DNA from: Spirogloea muscicola
Lineage: Eukaryota
DNA length: 64,000 nucleotides
Direction: 5' to 3'
Assembly: GCA_009602725.1 (NCBI GenBank)
Contig: WELB01000023.1
Location: 323,637-387,636 of the forward strand
Every line of letters begins with the position of its first letter. Position 1 is the first letter of the stretch. The notes beneath the pieces are model-generated. The model worked only from the letters and a program-made list of their open reading frames with translations, ran no database searches and was not told where the DNA came from. A program made the translations under genes and the position numbers. Shown one piece after another: positions 48,642 to 61,194 of this stretch.

Positions 48642-51458
48642 ATGGCGGCCGCGCCGCCGCGGCCGCCGCCGCANCCGCCGCCGCCGACGCCGCCGCCGCC
48701 GCTTCTGCTGCTTGTGCTACTCCTGCTGCTGCGGCCGCCGCCGGGCCTCGCGCTGGAGGACGACGAGCGGCCGTCGCACCGGTCGCGGCTCGTGACGGAC
48801 TTCACACCAGCCGACCAGCCCGCGCCCGCGCGCGGCCTCGTCGCCGAGAAGCTCTCCTACCACTCCGTCCTCAAGGTGCGCCGCCGTCGCGCCTCTCCTC
48901 CTCCTCCTCCGGCAGCGGCGACGGCGGCGGCGGCGGCCCGGCTGACGGCCGGCGCCGGTGTGGCCAGGAGCACGGCCGGTACTGGGCCAACACCACGCAC
49001 CGGCACTTCGATGGGCTTGTGCTGGCGTACGTGACGCCATGGTCAGTGGCCCCCGCGCCCTCCTCGCCGTCGTCTCGCCAGCCGCCGCAACGGCCGGCTC
49101 GATGGTCGCCCGAACGGCGACCAGGCGCCGGTGACTGGCTGTGATGCATCATCGCCTTCAGTGTGAGCCTCGACGATGGGTGCATGAGGGGCTACGTTCC
49201 GTTGAATTGACAGGAACGCCAAAGGTTACGACGTCGCCAGGACGTTCCGAGCCAAGTTCACGCACGTCTCGCCCGTATGGTACCAACTCAAGCGGTCCGG
49301 CCCTTCCCCATCTAGCTGCTGCCACGTACAGCGGAGTCACGGCCCTTGGTCGCTCAGCGCTGGCTTCTAGCAGCATTGTAGCCTTTTATTCCGAGGAGCC
49401 AATGGATGTGGAAGTTGCCGCTGGTACATGCAGAGACACTACTGGACTACGCCTTTACGGTGGTGGCGACGTCGATCTAAAGTGGATGAAGTCTGTCCGC
49501 CAAAAGGGCCACCCAATTGTAAGACTCTGCTGCTCTGCATCTGGAATGCTTGATGAGTCTGGTGGCGGTGTTAGTGCCAGTCGCTCTCAAAGCTAACGAG
49601 CTACTCAGAGCAGATTCTTGGCAGCTCTGCAGCTTGCTCGACCTCGTCAGCTACTATGCTGCAAAGCGAGCCCTGTTTCCAGGTTGACAAAATAACAGAG
49701 TTCCTGAGTGCTTCGATATGGGTGCTAATAAGGAGGTTCCAGGCACTTAGAGAAGTAATTTAGTCCATTGTCGGTCACAAGCTCCCTGCCATTCATTTGA
49801 CGCTGCCTCTTATTGGCAGATATTACCTAGGGTGGTACTGGAAGGGACCGGCTTGGATTCGTTCCTGAAGAGCAGCGATGATATAAATCAGGCGATCAGC
49901 CTTTTGGTGGATGAATGCAAGTAAGCCTGTATGCAGTCTCTCGCACCTGTAGCATGTGGATTGTGGGGTTTCCTGAGATTAATCTGCACACAGGTACCAG
50001 AAGTGCCTGCTTGAATGTTGTGTATATACTAGATAAGATCTTTCAAGCACGTTGAAAACCTGGAGAAAGATGTCAGCACATGTGGAGATGAGCTTCATTT
50101 CCAAGTGAAGCCCTTGGAGTTTGGCTCCACTTAAGATCAGCTGACTGGTACCTACACACCCGTGTTGAAGTACTAATTCCACTCATGCATGAGTGTTGCT
50201 CCTGTGTTCCAGAGAGAAGGAGTACGATGGCCTCACGCTCGAAGCGTGGTCATCATGGGCAGCTAACTCCATACTTGAGAAGCCTGATTTGCGCCAGAAG
50301 GTATTCTTTGAGCAAGCACTTGTGCAGGAATCAAGCAGCTCAGGCTTTCCAAACTGCTGTATAGATGATACAAAGAAGTTAACACAACAGGGATGTGTCT
50401 GTTGACTGACGAAAGTTTGTGAAAAGGTCCTTTGCACAATCCTGCTTTTATAAAACTATTGTTTCCTATGCAGGCCCTGCACTTTGTCAGAAGCCTGGGG
50501 TTGGCCTTTCACCAAACACCCAGTCCAGCAAAGGGTGCCGATCGCAACATGCAGCTCATCTTTGTCATTCCCCCCGTCGGCGAAGGCAGCCACCCCTCTG
50601 TCTTCACAAGCGCGGATGTGCGCTTATTAGCACCAGACGTGGATGCGTTTTCGTTGATGACGTATGACTACTCCAACGCGTACAAGCCCGGGCCAAATGC
50701 GCCCATGCCATGGGTGCGCAGTATTTTGCAGGCCATTTTTCCCGATCGGAAGCCCCACCCTGCAATGGAGAAGGAGCTGCAGCGGCTGAAGGAGGCCGAG
50801 GATGAGGCACTGCGGATGCAAGGCCGCGAACTCAAGAGCCTCCCTGAGGACCCACTGGCTTCCGAAGATTTGACTGCAAGTGATGAGCTTGGGAGCAAGG
50901 TCCTCATGGGCTTGAACTTCTTTGGCAATGACTTTGTTTTGCCCCAAGGTTAGCTCTCCGCCATGAAGCCAGAGCCCTTTGACTGCGGGATGCTTCTTGT
51001 GCTTTGATGACGGGTTTCTCCTTTGAAGGCAGGCAGTGACAAGCCGGCAGAGCTCAAAGACGTTGCTAGGCTCATGCAACGGTCAGAGAGAGGAAGAGTA
51101 AGAGACCGACGAGCAACAAAGACACAGTTCTGTTGTTAACCAGGCAGTCAGATGTCAGATGTCAAGCAAATGGTTTGCCAGCACCTCATCACAATAGGAG
51201 TGGGATTTATCAGGTGGAGGGCCGGTTGTGGCTGAAAAGTACCTGCAGACGCTGGACCGGCAGCGGTCAAAGATTGTATGGGAGATTGAGGCGCAGGAGC
51301 ATGTTTCTTCATACAAGAAGGCTGGCGAGACGCATGCCATCTTCTTCCCCACGCTCCTCTCAATCTCAAGGCGGATCGACGAGGCTCGCGCTTGGGGTGT
51401 GGGCCTCTCAATCTGGGAGATTGGCCAAGGATTGGACTACTTCTACGACCTCCTCTGA
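48642..51458 (+). CDS. CHID1: Chitinase domain-containing protein 1 (GH18, SI-CLP-like)
   Basis: Signal peptide; [16 protein letters not shown]...[41 protein letters not shown]...[31 protein letters not shown]...[18 protein letters not shown]. Confidence 0.95.
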
Positions 51459-52309
51459 TGTGCCAGTGGTGGAAAGTTTGCTCTTGCTTAAGCACCTATT
51501 GCTGGTGCCCCTTATTGAAACCATTAAGCTTGACAGCCTTCCTCTTTTGATGCCATAGTACCTGCCTTTCATTCCCTTATGACACGAAATTGTACAGCGA
51601 GCTTGCGAAGACTGACAACGTTGTCTTCTGCGTTCGCAAGTTTTGAGATGATGTCGCTCCCATGGCACTGTAGACTATGGGCAAGGTGCCATAGTGAAGG
51701 TAAAGGAAGTCATATCTTGCCGGTCAGACAGTTCGGCTGCCATGCGCAGCAGGCTCAAAGCATGCATGCCAAGCTTGGTGTAGATTGCAGAAGTGGCCTT
51801 CCTGTTGTCATGGATTATTGAGCGTAGAGACAGACGCAAGGTTCTTGTCACAAGCCGTGGGGCTGCAGGCTGCAAATCTATGCTATCTTGGTGGCCGTGA
51901 GGATTTTTCCACGGCCCTCGCCCCATTCGGAAGAGCCGCTTTCTTCGTCCATTCTCACGCCCTCAAGGTCCGTCACAACTGCAGGGAAGAAGCGGCAGTG
52001 TGCCTGGCCTCTGACGGCAGTCGGCGAAGCGAGCCCGTCGGTGCGGCCGTGACGTTAGGCTGCAATGGCGGTCAACGTGAGGATTGTGTGGGGCCCTCGG
52101 GGCCTCCCCGGCAATCTAGGAGCCCCCGTCAATAATCTGTTCTTTGTCGTACTTCGTTACTTAGCCCCTGTCAGATATTTCTTTGTTCTTCTGACACGCA
52201 GAGTACTGAGTAGTGGGCTGCCTTCATTCAAAGCGCACCGCATTTTCTCCTTATCACAGCCCTAGCCATTAACTGGAGGAGTCTATCATTTCCTGGAACT
52301 TCCCTTTAG

Positions 52310-53018
52310 GTGGTGGGCGTCCACAATCTCCTACGGGACGCCCTGGCGGGCTTGATGCGCGACGCCGGCTACCGCGCCATCGTTGAAGTGAGCAATGTAA
52401 TGCCCATCACCACGGATTCCCAGGGAGGCCATCACCGTCGCACCCTGGACATTGTGGGTGTACAACCTGGCGGAGGCCCACGAGCTTTGGTTGATGTGGT
52501 GGTGACTGAGGCATACAAGAGTTCCGCTTCCACACACATTGCTGGCCACGCAGTGGGAGGTGCTGAGCAGAAAAAGCTCCGACACTACTCAGACTACCCC
52601 CGCAGTGACCACCTCCTCCCGGCCGCAATCGACACTTTCGGCTGCTTGGGTCCTCGCTTCCATACCCTACTCGAGAACATAGCGAGTCTGGGATATGCAC
52701 GACGCGAGGATATGCTCCCAGCCCAGATGGGTATGCCGGCAGCCTATCTGTCATTTCTGCGACGTCGAGTGTCAACCTGTCTGCAACGAGCTCAGGCGTA
52801 TGCTCTGCATCAGAAAGCTGGTCGAGCCTTAGCTGCTGGCACAAGAGCTAGTCAATTGCCGTCCGGTATTCGAGCGTCAGCTAGCGACCTCTATGTGCTG
52901 ACTCGTGGTTACTGAGCGGGTCAGCTTAGCAGCAGGTGACGTACATTTGTCCAATGTGCTTGCCTTTGTACTTGGCCACACATGGCCTCCCCATCTCTGA
53001 ATATACACGCATTTCCTT
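52310..53018 (+). mobile_element. 5'-truncated CRE-like subfamily-B copy with uninterrupted RLE reading frame (52310-52915) and 3' UTR
   Basis: HNLLRDAL...GYRAIVE...RRTLDIV...LVDVVVTE...GAEQKKLRHYSD...LPAAIDTFGCLG...RVSTCLQRAQAYAL...SDLYVLTRGY*. Confidence 0.85.
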
Positions 53019-53211
53019 TCCCGGGGTCGCGGAGCGGGCGAGGCGGTGGACGCGGTTAGGCCAGGGTTGCCGCTTCCCTTTCCCCTCCAACTGCCGCCAA
53101 TTGCGGCGGGCGAGCCGGGGCGCCATCGTCGGCGCGCGCGGGAGCATGGGCGGCCCGCGCCCCGGCGGCGGCGGCGACGACGGCCGCGAGGCCCGGGCGG
53201 GCCCTCACGCC

Positions 53212-55393
53212 ATGGCGGCTCCGGCGGAGGCCTCCAGCTGGTCGCTCGCGTCGTCCGCGTCCTCGTTGCCGCCGCCCATGCTCCGCGCCGACGACGGCAA
53301 CGAGGACGCCGACTGGGAGACCCTGGACCGCCAGGACTTCGTCGAGAAGGCGGCGCGGGAGCATGAGGCTGACGAGGGCGGCGTCTCGCGTGCCGCCGCG
53401 GCCAACAGCCTCACCATCGTGCTCGTGGGAAGGAGCGGCAATGGCAAGAGCGCCACGGGGAATTCCATCCTGAACAAGAAGGTGTTCAAGTCTGCGCGGA
53501 GCCATCTCGCCGTCACCTCGACGTGCGAGCTTGCGCACGTCGACAGGTCGGACGGCCGCCACATCAACGTCGTGGACACCCCCGGTATCTCTCGCCCTCC
53601 ATATATCGCCTATGATTGACAAACACGCCTCTGACGCAACAGATGCTTTAATCTCTCAACGCATCTGCTGATGGCTCATAAAGGTCAAGGGCATGCTGAG
53701 GCATGTGAATCAACTGTCATGCATTGGAAGGCTAAATTGCCTCGGGTTTCGCACTGATTGCATGAAGTGAAATGCTTAAATTGGTCGTGTAATTGGTATT
53801 TGAATTGACGCCATCACGTCTTCTGCGGTCAATTGTCCAGGCCTTTTTGATCCAGCCACATCCCCAGAGTATCTCAGCAAGGAAATTAGCCGGTGTATCG
53901 CGCTGGCCAGGGACGGGGTGCATGCCCTGCTGCTTGTACTGTCTACAAGAAACAGGTTTACAGCTGAGGAGATGGCGGCAGTGGATAGCCTGCAGGTCAT
54001 ATTCGGTGACAAGGTTGTCGATTACATGATCATTGTGTTCACTGGAGGAGATGAGTTGGAAGAAGAAGGACAGTCGCTGGATGACTATCTGCCAGACGTC
54101 CATTCCTCTGGTCCTGAGTCCCTGCAGGTAATACCAAAGGGTTGCAGTCCTTCCTGTTGAGGTTGCTGTTAATGGTGGGGCTGCACACTTGGACACGTAC
54201 CTTCTTGCCTGACCTGCTGTGTTTCTTGAAATGATGACAAGTCATGTTAGCCATCTCCATGAGGGAATCTGATGCCTAAATGCTTGGCTCTACTGCTCTT
54301 GGGATTCCTTGTTCCGTACATTGGATAATCACCTCAGCTGCTATGTCTGGATGACCAGGCTTTGCTTCGGCGCTGCGGAGATAGGAAGGTTGTCTTTGAC
54401 AACAAGACCAAGGATCCTGCGAAGCAGGAGCGTCAGACTCAGGAGCTGCTGAGCATGGTTGACAGTCTGGTGCAAAGCAATGGAGGCCAGCCATACACCA
54501 ATGCGCTCTTCCAAGAAGCAAAGGTAAGTGCTAGAAGTGAGTCTTCAATTCTGCTGATTGTGGCAGCCAAGCAAAGGTTCAACTTCAAGCTTGCAGCAGG
54601 TTCGAAGATTCTTACTAGAAGGGCTTTTTGCAAGTGGCTAGATTGTGGAAGCTTAGCCGAAACGTTGACTTCATCAGGAGGCGGCTGAAGCGGCTAAGGA
54701 GGCGAGGGAGGTTGAGCTCAATGAAAGGATTGCAGAGTTCCACTACGACGATGACAAGGCCAAGGAGATGTTCAAAGCCTGGAGGGAGGAGATGCAGGCC
54801 TCACATGCAGAGCAGCTGAGGCTTGTAACTAGCATGGTGAGGACCTTACGGCCTTGCTTGCTTTGTCTGGCACCCCCCTATGTGTTGCTGAGGCAAACAC
54901 TGACTTCACTGACAGGCAGCTGATATAGCTGTAGCTTTCCCAAAGCTTGTTCATGCAAAGCACAAATGGATGTATGTAGTGTCACAGTCCACTTTCTTCC
55001 ACCTTTGCTCCACAGACTGAACTTGGTCATTTTCTTCAAATGCCTCAGGTTGAAGAGGGCTTGCGGAAGCAGGCTGAGGAGCAGCAGCGAGCTCTCAAGG
55101 AACAGCAGGTTGTTTTGGAGGAGCGGCTGGCAAGGGAGAAGGCGGCACGAGAGGAGGCCGAGGACGCGGCCAAGGAAGAGAAGCGGCTGGCTAATGACGA
55201 GCTGCAGCGAATGAAGGCCGAATTAGAGGAGCTCAAAATACGAGAAGCCACGCTCTCTGCCTCCAAGGAAGAAAAGCAGCAGGCGCACAATGACCTGCAA
55301 CGGATGAAGGCCGAGCTAGACCAGCTAAAACAACGAGAGGAGATCCGGCAGAAAATGGACAAGGAACTCAATCGCGGTTGCGTTATTCTGTGA
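53212..55393 (+). CDS. AIG1-type (IAN/GIMAP-like) GTPase, copy 1, with coiled coil and CaaX (CVIL)
   Basis: [89 protein letters not shown]. Confidence 0.93.
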
Positions 55394-56524
55394 TTGCTTC
55401 TTACTCATCTTCCAATGCAAGACTTGTCAGCACCTCGCTGTGGGTGACAGCAGTCAGATCAGTGTACAGTGGGGACAAAAGATGGCAACGTGGGTGCACA
55501 CTTCGGATCTGCTTGCTCAGTTTGGTGCTACTGACAAATGGCGTCAAAGGGTCCAAAGCCTGTTCCTCACACTCTGCTATAGCCGGTGTGCACGGTTGCC
55601 TTGACACTCGGCTGCAGTAGGTCCCTTGATGAAACAGGCCAGCGGGCCGGGCCCTTTGGCGCAGGCTTTCTCCTTTCTGAGATACTCCTCGCTCACAGGG
55701 GCATCCAGCAGTCTTGTGGATCTCTTGCTGCACGACAGTCCAGTGCTTCTAAGAGGAGTAGGAATTGGTCTCGTGCAAGGAGGGGTGTCGCTGATACAGG
55801 CAGCCCAAGTGGGGAGCCGCCTAAGCGGAGAAAACGAAGAAGATGAGCTCAAGTAGAAAGAGAAGTGGCTGTGATTGGCAAATTACAGAATAGCGTGGCC
55901 CAATAGATTGAAAGAATGGCTCCTCTACAGTGGGTACTGCTTGCGAGCGATCAGCACGGAAAGAATGGACGCAAGTCATGGGCAAGACAGTCCCCATCCT
56001 ACCACTTGAAGCTGGCGCAGCGACAGTAAGAAGCTGAGAGCCAGCAGCCTGTAATTAGACAGAGTATTGCAGGCGAACCCCCAGGGCAAAAGCCCGAGGC
56101 AGCAACCCAGACGCAGCCTGCCTGGAGGTGCAAGACAAGGCTGACCCGGTTTGCCAAGACACCAACAAGCGCAGGTACGTATACAAGCGAGCTGGCAACG
56201 CACAAGCTTGCCTGCTTGTCAGTCAGTGTTTGTCTATGGAGCGGTGTATGAAGAAAGAGTGGCAGCTGGATTGCCAGCATACTTCAGCTGCCTCGCATGC
56301 ACAGAGGCGTCCAAGGGTTAACAAGAGCGAGTGGCTGACGGGTGCCTGCAGTCGGAGACGTCAGTAAATACAGCGTAAAGTGACAGTGAAAGACAGAAGA
56401 GCTCCCATACCCTCCCCTTGCAAGCTCGCCAAAGCGGCCGCTTGTCGGTTTAACAGGCACCTGAACGATCGCCAGGCAAACGCCCCGGGACTTGACCGCC
56501 TGTAATTGTAACTGTCTAGAGCAA

Positions 56525-56950
56525 CAAGAGCTCTCACAAGTGGAGGCGGTGGCTGTGAATGGTCAATGCAAGGCCTAAGAATTATTTTGAAGAAAGTACA
56601 AAGCAATCAGCAATATAAGCAGCTATATCCGATGGCCACTCAGTAACCCTCAGACAACAGCCTCATTTCGCTATGAGTAGCAGCAGCAGAGAACGAGTCG
56701 CCCGGCCAATCTCCTGCGGCGGCAGCCAGGGCACAGCTAGTACGCAGATGCAAGGCGACGCCAGAGAGTGGTACATACATATTGCATGCGATACACCAGG
56801 GCCATGGCCCGCACGGCGCTGATGGCATGGCTGCTCGCCCCTGCTGCCACTGCAGTCAGGAATACTATTGCTCGTCGCTCAAGCAGCTGGAGGAGGTCAA
56901 GCCACCGAGCCTCAAACGCCCCCTGGACGATTAGTGCTAGTGGGCCAAAG
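56525..56950 (-). mobile_element. Degenerate CRE-like 3' fragment between the AIG1 paralogs
   Basis: FGPLALIVQGAFEARWLDLLQLL; MALVYRMQ; ALHLRTSCALAAAAG...SEMRLLSEGY*; degenerate terminal motif at ~56530-56577. Confidence 0.72.
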
Positions 56951-57975
56951 TGAAAACCCACAGGATGGTCCGCGTATGTCCTCGACGTGGGCAGCTTTGG
57001 CGACGGCGTGCCACGCTTTCATGGGTGACAAGACGGGGTTGCGGCGGTTGGAAGTGACCGTTGCGGCCAAATCAGCAATGGCGCCCTGTCCAACATCAGG
57101 CGTGATGAGCGACCGGGCCGATCGGGGCCCGTCGGCCGCTTGGATGTGATGGGGCTTGACGGACGTGGCCGGGGATGTGGACGTGGAAAGAAGTGGAAAG
57201 GGCAGAGAAGTCAAAAGGCGCGGCAGTGACGTGACCGGCTTTCCTTGGGCAGGCGCCGGCGCTTGCTGACCGGAGCCTCTGCGTCCTGCTCGCTGCTCTC
57301 TCGGGATTTTGTTGGGGCTGGCGTCCACTTAGCTAATGCCCCTGTCGGACATAGCCTCCTGCTTCTGCTCGCTGGTCATTACGCCCAATTGAAGCTTGAT
57401 GTACGACCAGCACGTTGAGTGGACGGATCTGAGAGAGAGCTTGCGTGCTCTCGCGATATGCAGCAGCTGAGGGGCCATGCGAGAGAGACTGAAGTAGCTG
57501 AAGACGGAAGTAGCCAAAAGGAAGAGCACTATTGTGAGCCGCAATCGCATCAATATCCAGCTGAGCATTGTTTCTGAGCAGAAAAGGGGATCAGTGAACA
57601 CGCATAAGCCCTTTCACATCAAAACATCATCATCACATTAAAGCGCCACTCTGAACTTTACTTGCCCCCCAGAACGTTCGGCAACCGCTGCCTCGCTTCT
57701 CGTTGACCCCAGGGAGAGAAGCTTGAGAAGACAGTGAGAATATCTGAGAAGCGAGCTTTACCAAGCGAGGGCAGTGGCTGTGAGTATGAGGAAGGTCCCA
57801 CTTAACCCTTCCCCAGCCCTCCTTCGCAGCCAGCCTTCGGCATCTCACTTGCAGCGGCTACGTCCAGCTGGGCCATTTCCTCAAGGGCCCTTGCGGCGCG
57901 CTGAGAATGGGCGGCCTGCGCTCCGGGGCCAACGAGAGTCACAAGGCCTTGCCGCAGCCCATGAGCCATCTGACG

Positions 57976-60545
57976 ATGACGGCTACATCGGTGGCATCAA
58001 GCTCGTCGCTGGCATCGCCCTCGTCCTCGTCACAACTGCCAATGCTAAGCACCGCTGGTGACAACAAGGACACCCATTGGGAGAATCTTGAGCACATGGA
58101 GCTCGTCGAGAAGGGGGTGAGGGAGCCTGAGGCTAAGAAGGCTGGCCCTGTGCCTGCTGTTGCAACCAACAGCCTTACCATTGTGCTCGTGGGAAAGAGC
58201 GGAAATGGGAAAAGCGCAACAGGAAATTCCATTCTGAACAAGAAGGTGTTCAAATCTGCACGCAGCCAGCGTGCTGTGACGTCAACGTGCGAGCTCGCGC
58301 ACGTCGACCGGTCCGATGGCCGCCACATCAATGTCATAGACACGCCAGGTGCTTCCTCGCCCTGTACAAATATAAATCGTTCAACGTGCGCAGTGCCTTT
58401 CATGCTTCATGCATGTCCCGCCGTCTTGTGATGCACAGGCTGAGACATTTTAAATAAGCTACTCTGTTGAAGTGAAATACTGCTACCTTTCAGCAATTCA
58501 CGAATCTCCATGAGGCATGCTGTCCAGGCCTCTTTGGCCCAGCCACGTCCCCTGAGAGCCTCAGCAAAGAGATCAGCCGGTGCATTGCACTGGCCAGGGA
58601 TGGATTGCACGCCCTGCTGCTAGTCCTTTCCACAAGAAATAGATTTACACCTGAAGAGGCTGCAGCAGTGGATAGCCTGCAAGTCATTTTCGGTGACAGA
58701 ATTTTGAACTACATGATAATTGTCTTCACTGGAGGAGACGAGCTGGAGGAATCCTCAGATGACTATCTGTCAGGTTGCTGTGAATGTGGTGCTGGGCCGC
58801 TGGAGGTATTTGTCTGCATGGAATGCAAGCCTTTCTATCTATATTGCACAAGAGCATACACAAACTAAAGCCAACATGCGACGTCTTGCCCGACCTGCTA
58901 TACCATTCCTTGTCGTGTTTTTGGTACTTCTCCCTAGATAACAGTACTCTAATCCCGATAATGCAGTGAATATCAGGGGCAAATTGTTGAGACCCCTGCC
59001 CTTAGGCTGCCTGGACTCAATGCCTGTACTTCTACGTCTGCAATTTGTGCTGTCAGCGTTAATATGATAACTTCTACATTGAGTATGTATGCATGCGCAG
59101 GCCTTGCTTCAGCGCTGTGGGGATAGGAAATTCGTCTTCGACAATAAGACCAAGGATCCTAGAAAGCAGGAGCTACAGAGTCAGGAGTTGCTGAACATGG
59201 TCGAGAGCCTGGTGCAGAGCAATGGAGGCCAGCCATACACAAATCTGCTCTTTCAAGAAGCTCAGGTAGCATTCATTCTTGTAAATCTAACCTTGACTAT
59301 TGGATATTTTGGGCAGTTTCGGCATTTTGAGCACTTCCGGCAAATTGAAGATGCTGACAAAGCTTACAGCCCAGCCAAGAAGAGATCGTCTGTCAGGAGA
59401 TTGCTGAGAATGCCAAGGCAAGTCAACTGGAGCTCATCAAACAGATGGGAGAGCTTCACAACGGTGACGTCAGGGGTGAGGAGATATTACAGCAAATGCA
59501 GGCCTTGCATAAGGAGCAGCTGCATCGTGTAACGAAAATGGTGAGGACCTTGCTGCCTTGCCTGGTCTGCCTGACAAACCCACGCTAATGCTATAGTCAA
59601 TAGGTTGGCACATAGTCATGGCATCATACTGCCTAGCCTGAGGCGCAGACGACCTCAAGTACTGTTCCTGATATAGAAGTCCTTATGCACTTCAGATTGA
59701 AGAGGGGTTACGGAAGCAGGTTGAGGAGAAGCAGCAAGCCCTGCAGGCACATCAGGCGATCTTAGAGGAAAGGCTGGCAAGGGAGATAGAAGCGCGTGAG
59801 GCGGCTGAAAGGACGGCTACAACGGAGAGAGAGCACGGTGGCAAAGTATATCCTATAGTCCAGCCTACCCCAGCTTCTAGTAGATCTCCACATTGCAACT
59901 TCATTCCTGAATCATGTATTCCGAAATGTCAAATTATAGCTGGGTGCTCAAGCAAGCCGAGCAGCAGTAGCCAGCACTAGATGAGGAGCAGCCAATATTA
60001 AGTAGAGCCTGGCTAGTGAGAAAGTGGCACGTTAGGAGGCACATAAGGCAGCCCAGGAGGAGGCTTCAGGCTGGCAGTCAATTTCTTCAAAGTAGCAATC
60101 TATATCTTTGGGCTGGAGTGGTACTAATCCTGAGTCCAATTTGCTCATGCACTCCAGGTTGAAGAGTGGATGCAAGAGCATTGTTTTGAGCAGCTGCATT
60201 GCATGGGGGAGCAGAGAAGCATCCTGCAGGAGATTCTGGATGGAGGAAGAACTGCAAAGCAGAAGGGGCAAAGTGCGGCCAGGGAAGAGCGGCTGCAGGC
60301 TGACCAAGTAAGTACATTCGTCCTTTTGCTTTGATCGTTATAAGTCCACGTATGTTCCTAATCCTGACTCTCTCAATGCACTCCAGGTTGCCGATACTTT
60401 TGGTATGCAAGCTATTCTTGGGAATGAGCTGGCAATGGAGAAAAAAGCGCGCAAGGAGGCAGAGAGCAATTTGCGGCAGGTGCAGGACGAGCTTGACAGG
60501 GTGAGAGAGCAGAGGAGGAGTCTGAGCGGCTGCACCATTCTGTGA
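57976..60545 (+). CDS. AIG1-type (IAN/GIMAP-like) GTPase, copy 2, with CaaX (CTIL)
   Basis: N-terminus aligns to copy 1; [68 protein letters not shown]. 3' exon structure partly uncertain. Confidence 0.88.
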
Positions 60546-60819
60546 TTGCTTGCTTGGCAGCTAGTTTACAAGTCATATAACAGCCTCTTGTCAGCGCCTG
60601 GATATTACTGAGAGCAGTTAGAGCCAGGGGATACAGTAGTTATAGCAAGGCATTGCTGCGCCTGGACTTTTATCACAATGTGGTGGGTTTTGGCATTTTC
60701 TTGTCCATGGATCCCACGCCTGTTGCCTGCAGCCGTGTCCGTTACCAGGCATGCCAGCCAGCCGGGCCGTGCTGCGCCCACCAGGTACCCAGCGGCAGCC
60801 TGGCGGGCAGATGACATGC

Positions 60820-61060
60820 TGCAGCCCTGGCTTGCAGAGCCTGCCGGTGCTCCTGCAGGGCATAGACAGAAGCAGCCCGGGTGCTCTCTCTCCTCTTCAT
60901 GCACGCCCATCGTCTCTGCACCTCCAGCTTTCGCCCGCAGTCCTCTTGGGCAAGCCACTCCCTTGGCGAGGCACTCACTCACTCGTTCTCGCCGAGCGAC
61001 GACCGTGGCGGGGCTGCGCATCTCGCGCGGCATGGCAGAGCGTGAGCCCGCCGAGACGGT
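60820..61060. repeat. Dispersed repeat of unknown family; diverged second copy at ~62405-62635
   Basis: gcagccctggcttgcagagcc...cagaagcagcccg...gcagtcctc...gcaagccactccc...gcatggcagagcg is shared by both loci. Confidence 0.65.
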
Positions 61061-61194
61061 CTAAGGTCGAGACCTCATAGCACTCCCCCCAGGACATCTT
61101 TGTAGGGCCAGGGCGGCGGTGACAGAGCCACGGCAGGCGCCGACGCCACACCGGAAGATGGACTTGCCGGTCTCGCCTCCGGTCACGACGCCGA

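Noticed and set aside
52310..52915. Fanzor/TnpB-like RNA-guided nuclease with 3' guide RNA
   Set aside because: The motifs are PD-(D/E)xK RLE preceded by CCHC and an RT thumb in the 1-1668 copy. There are no RuvC motifs, and copies are 5'-truncated with TSDs as expected for TPRT.
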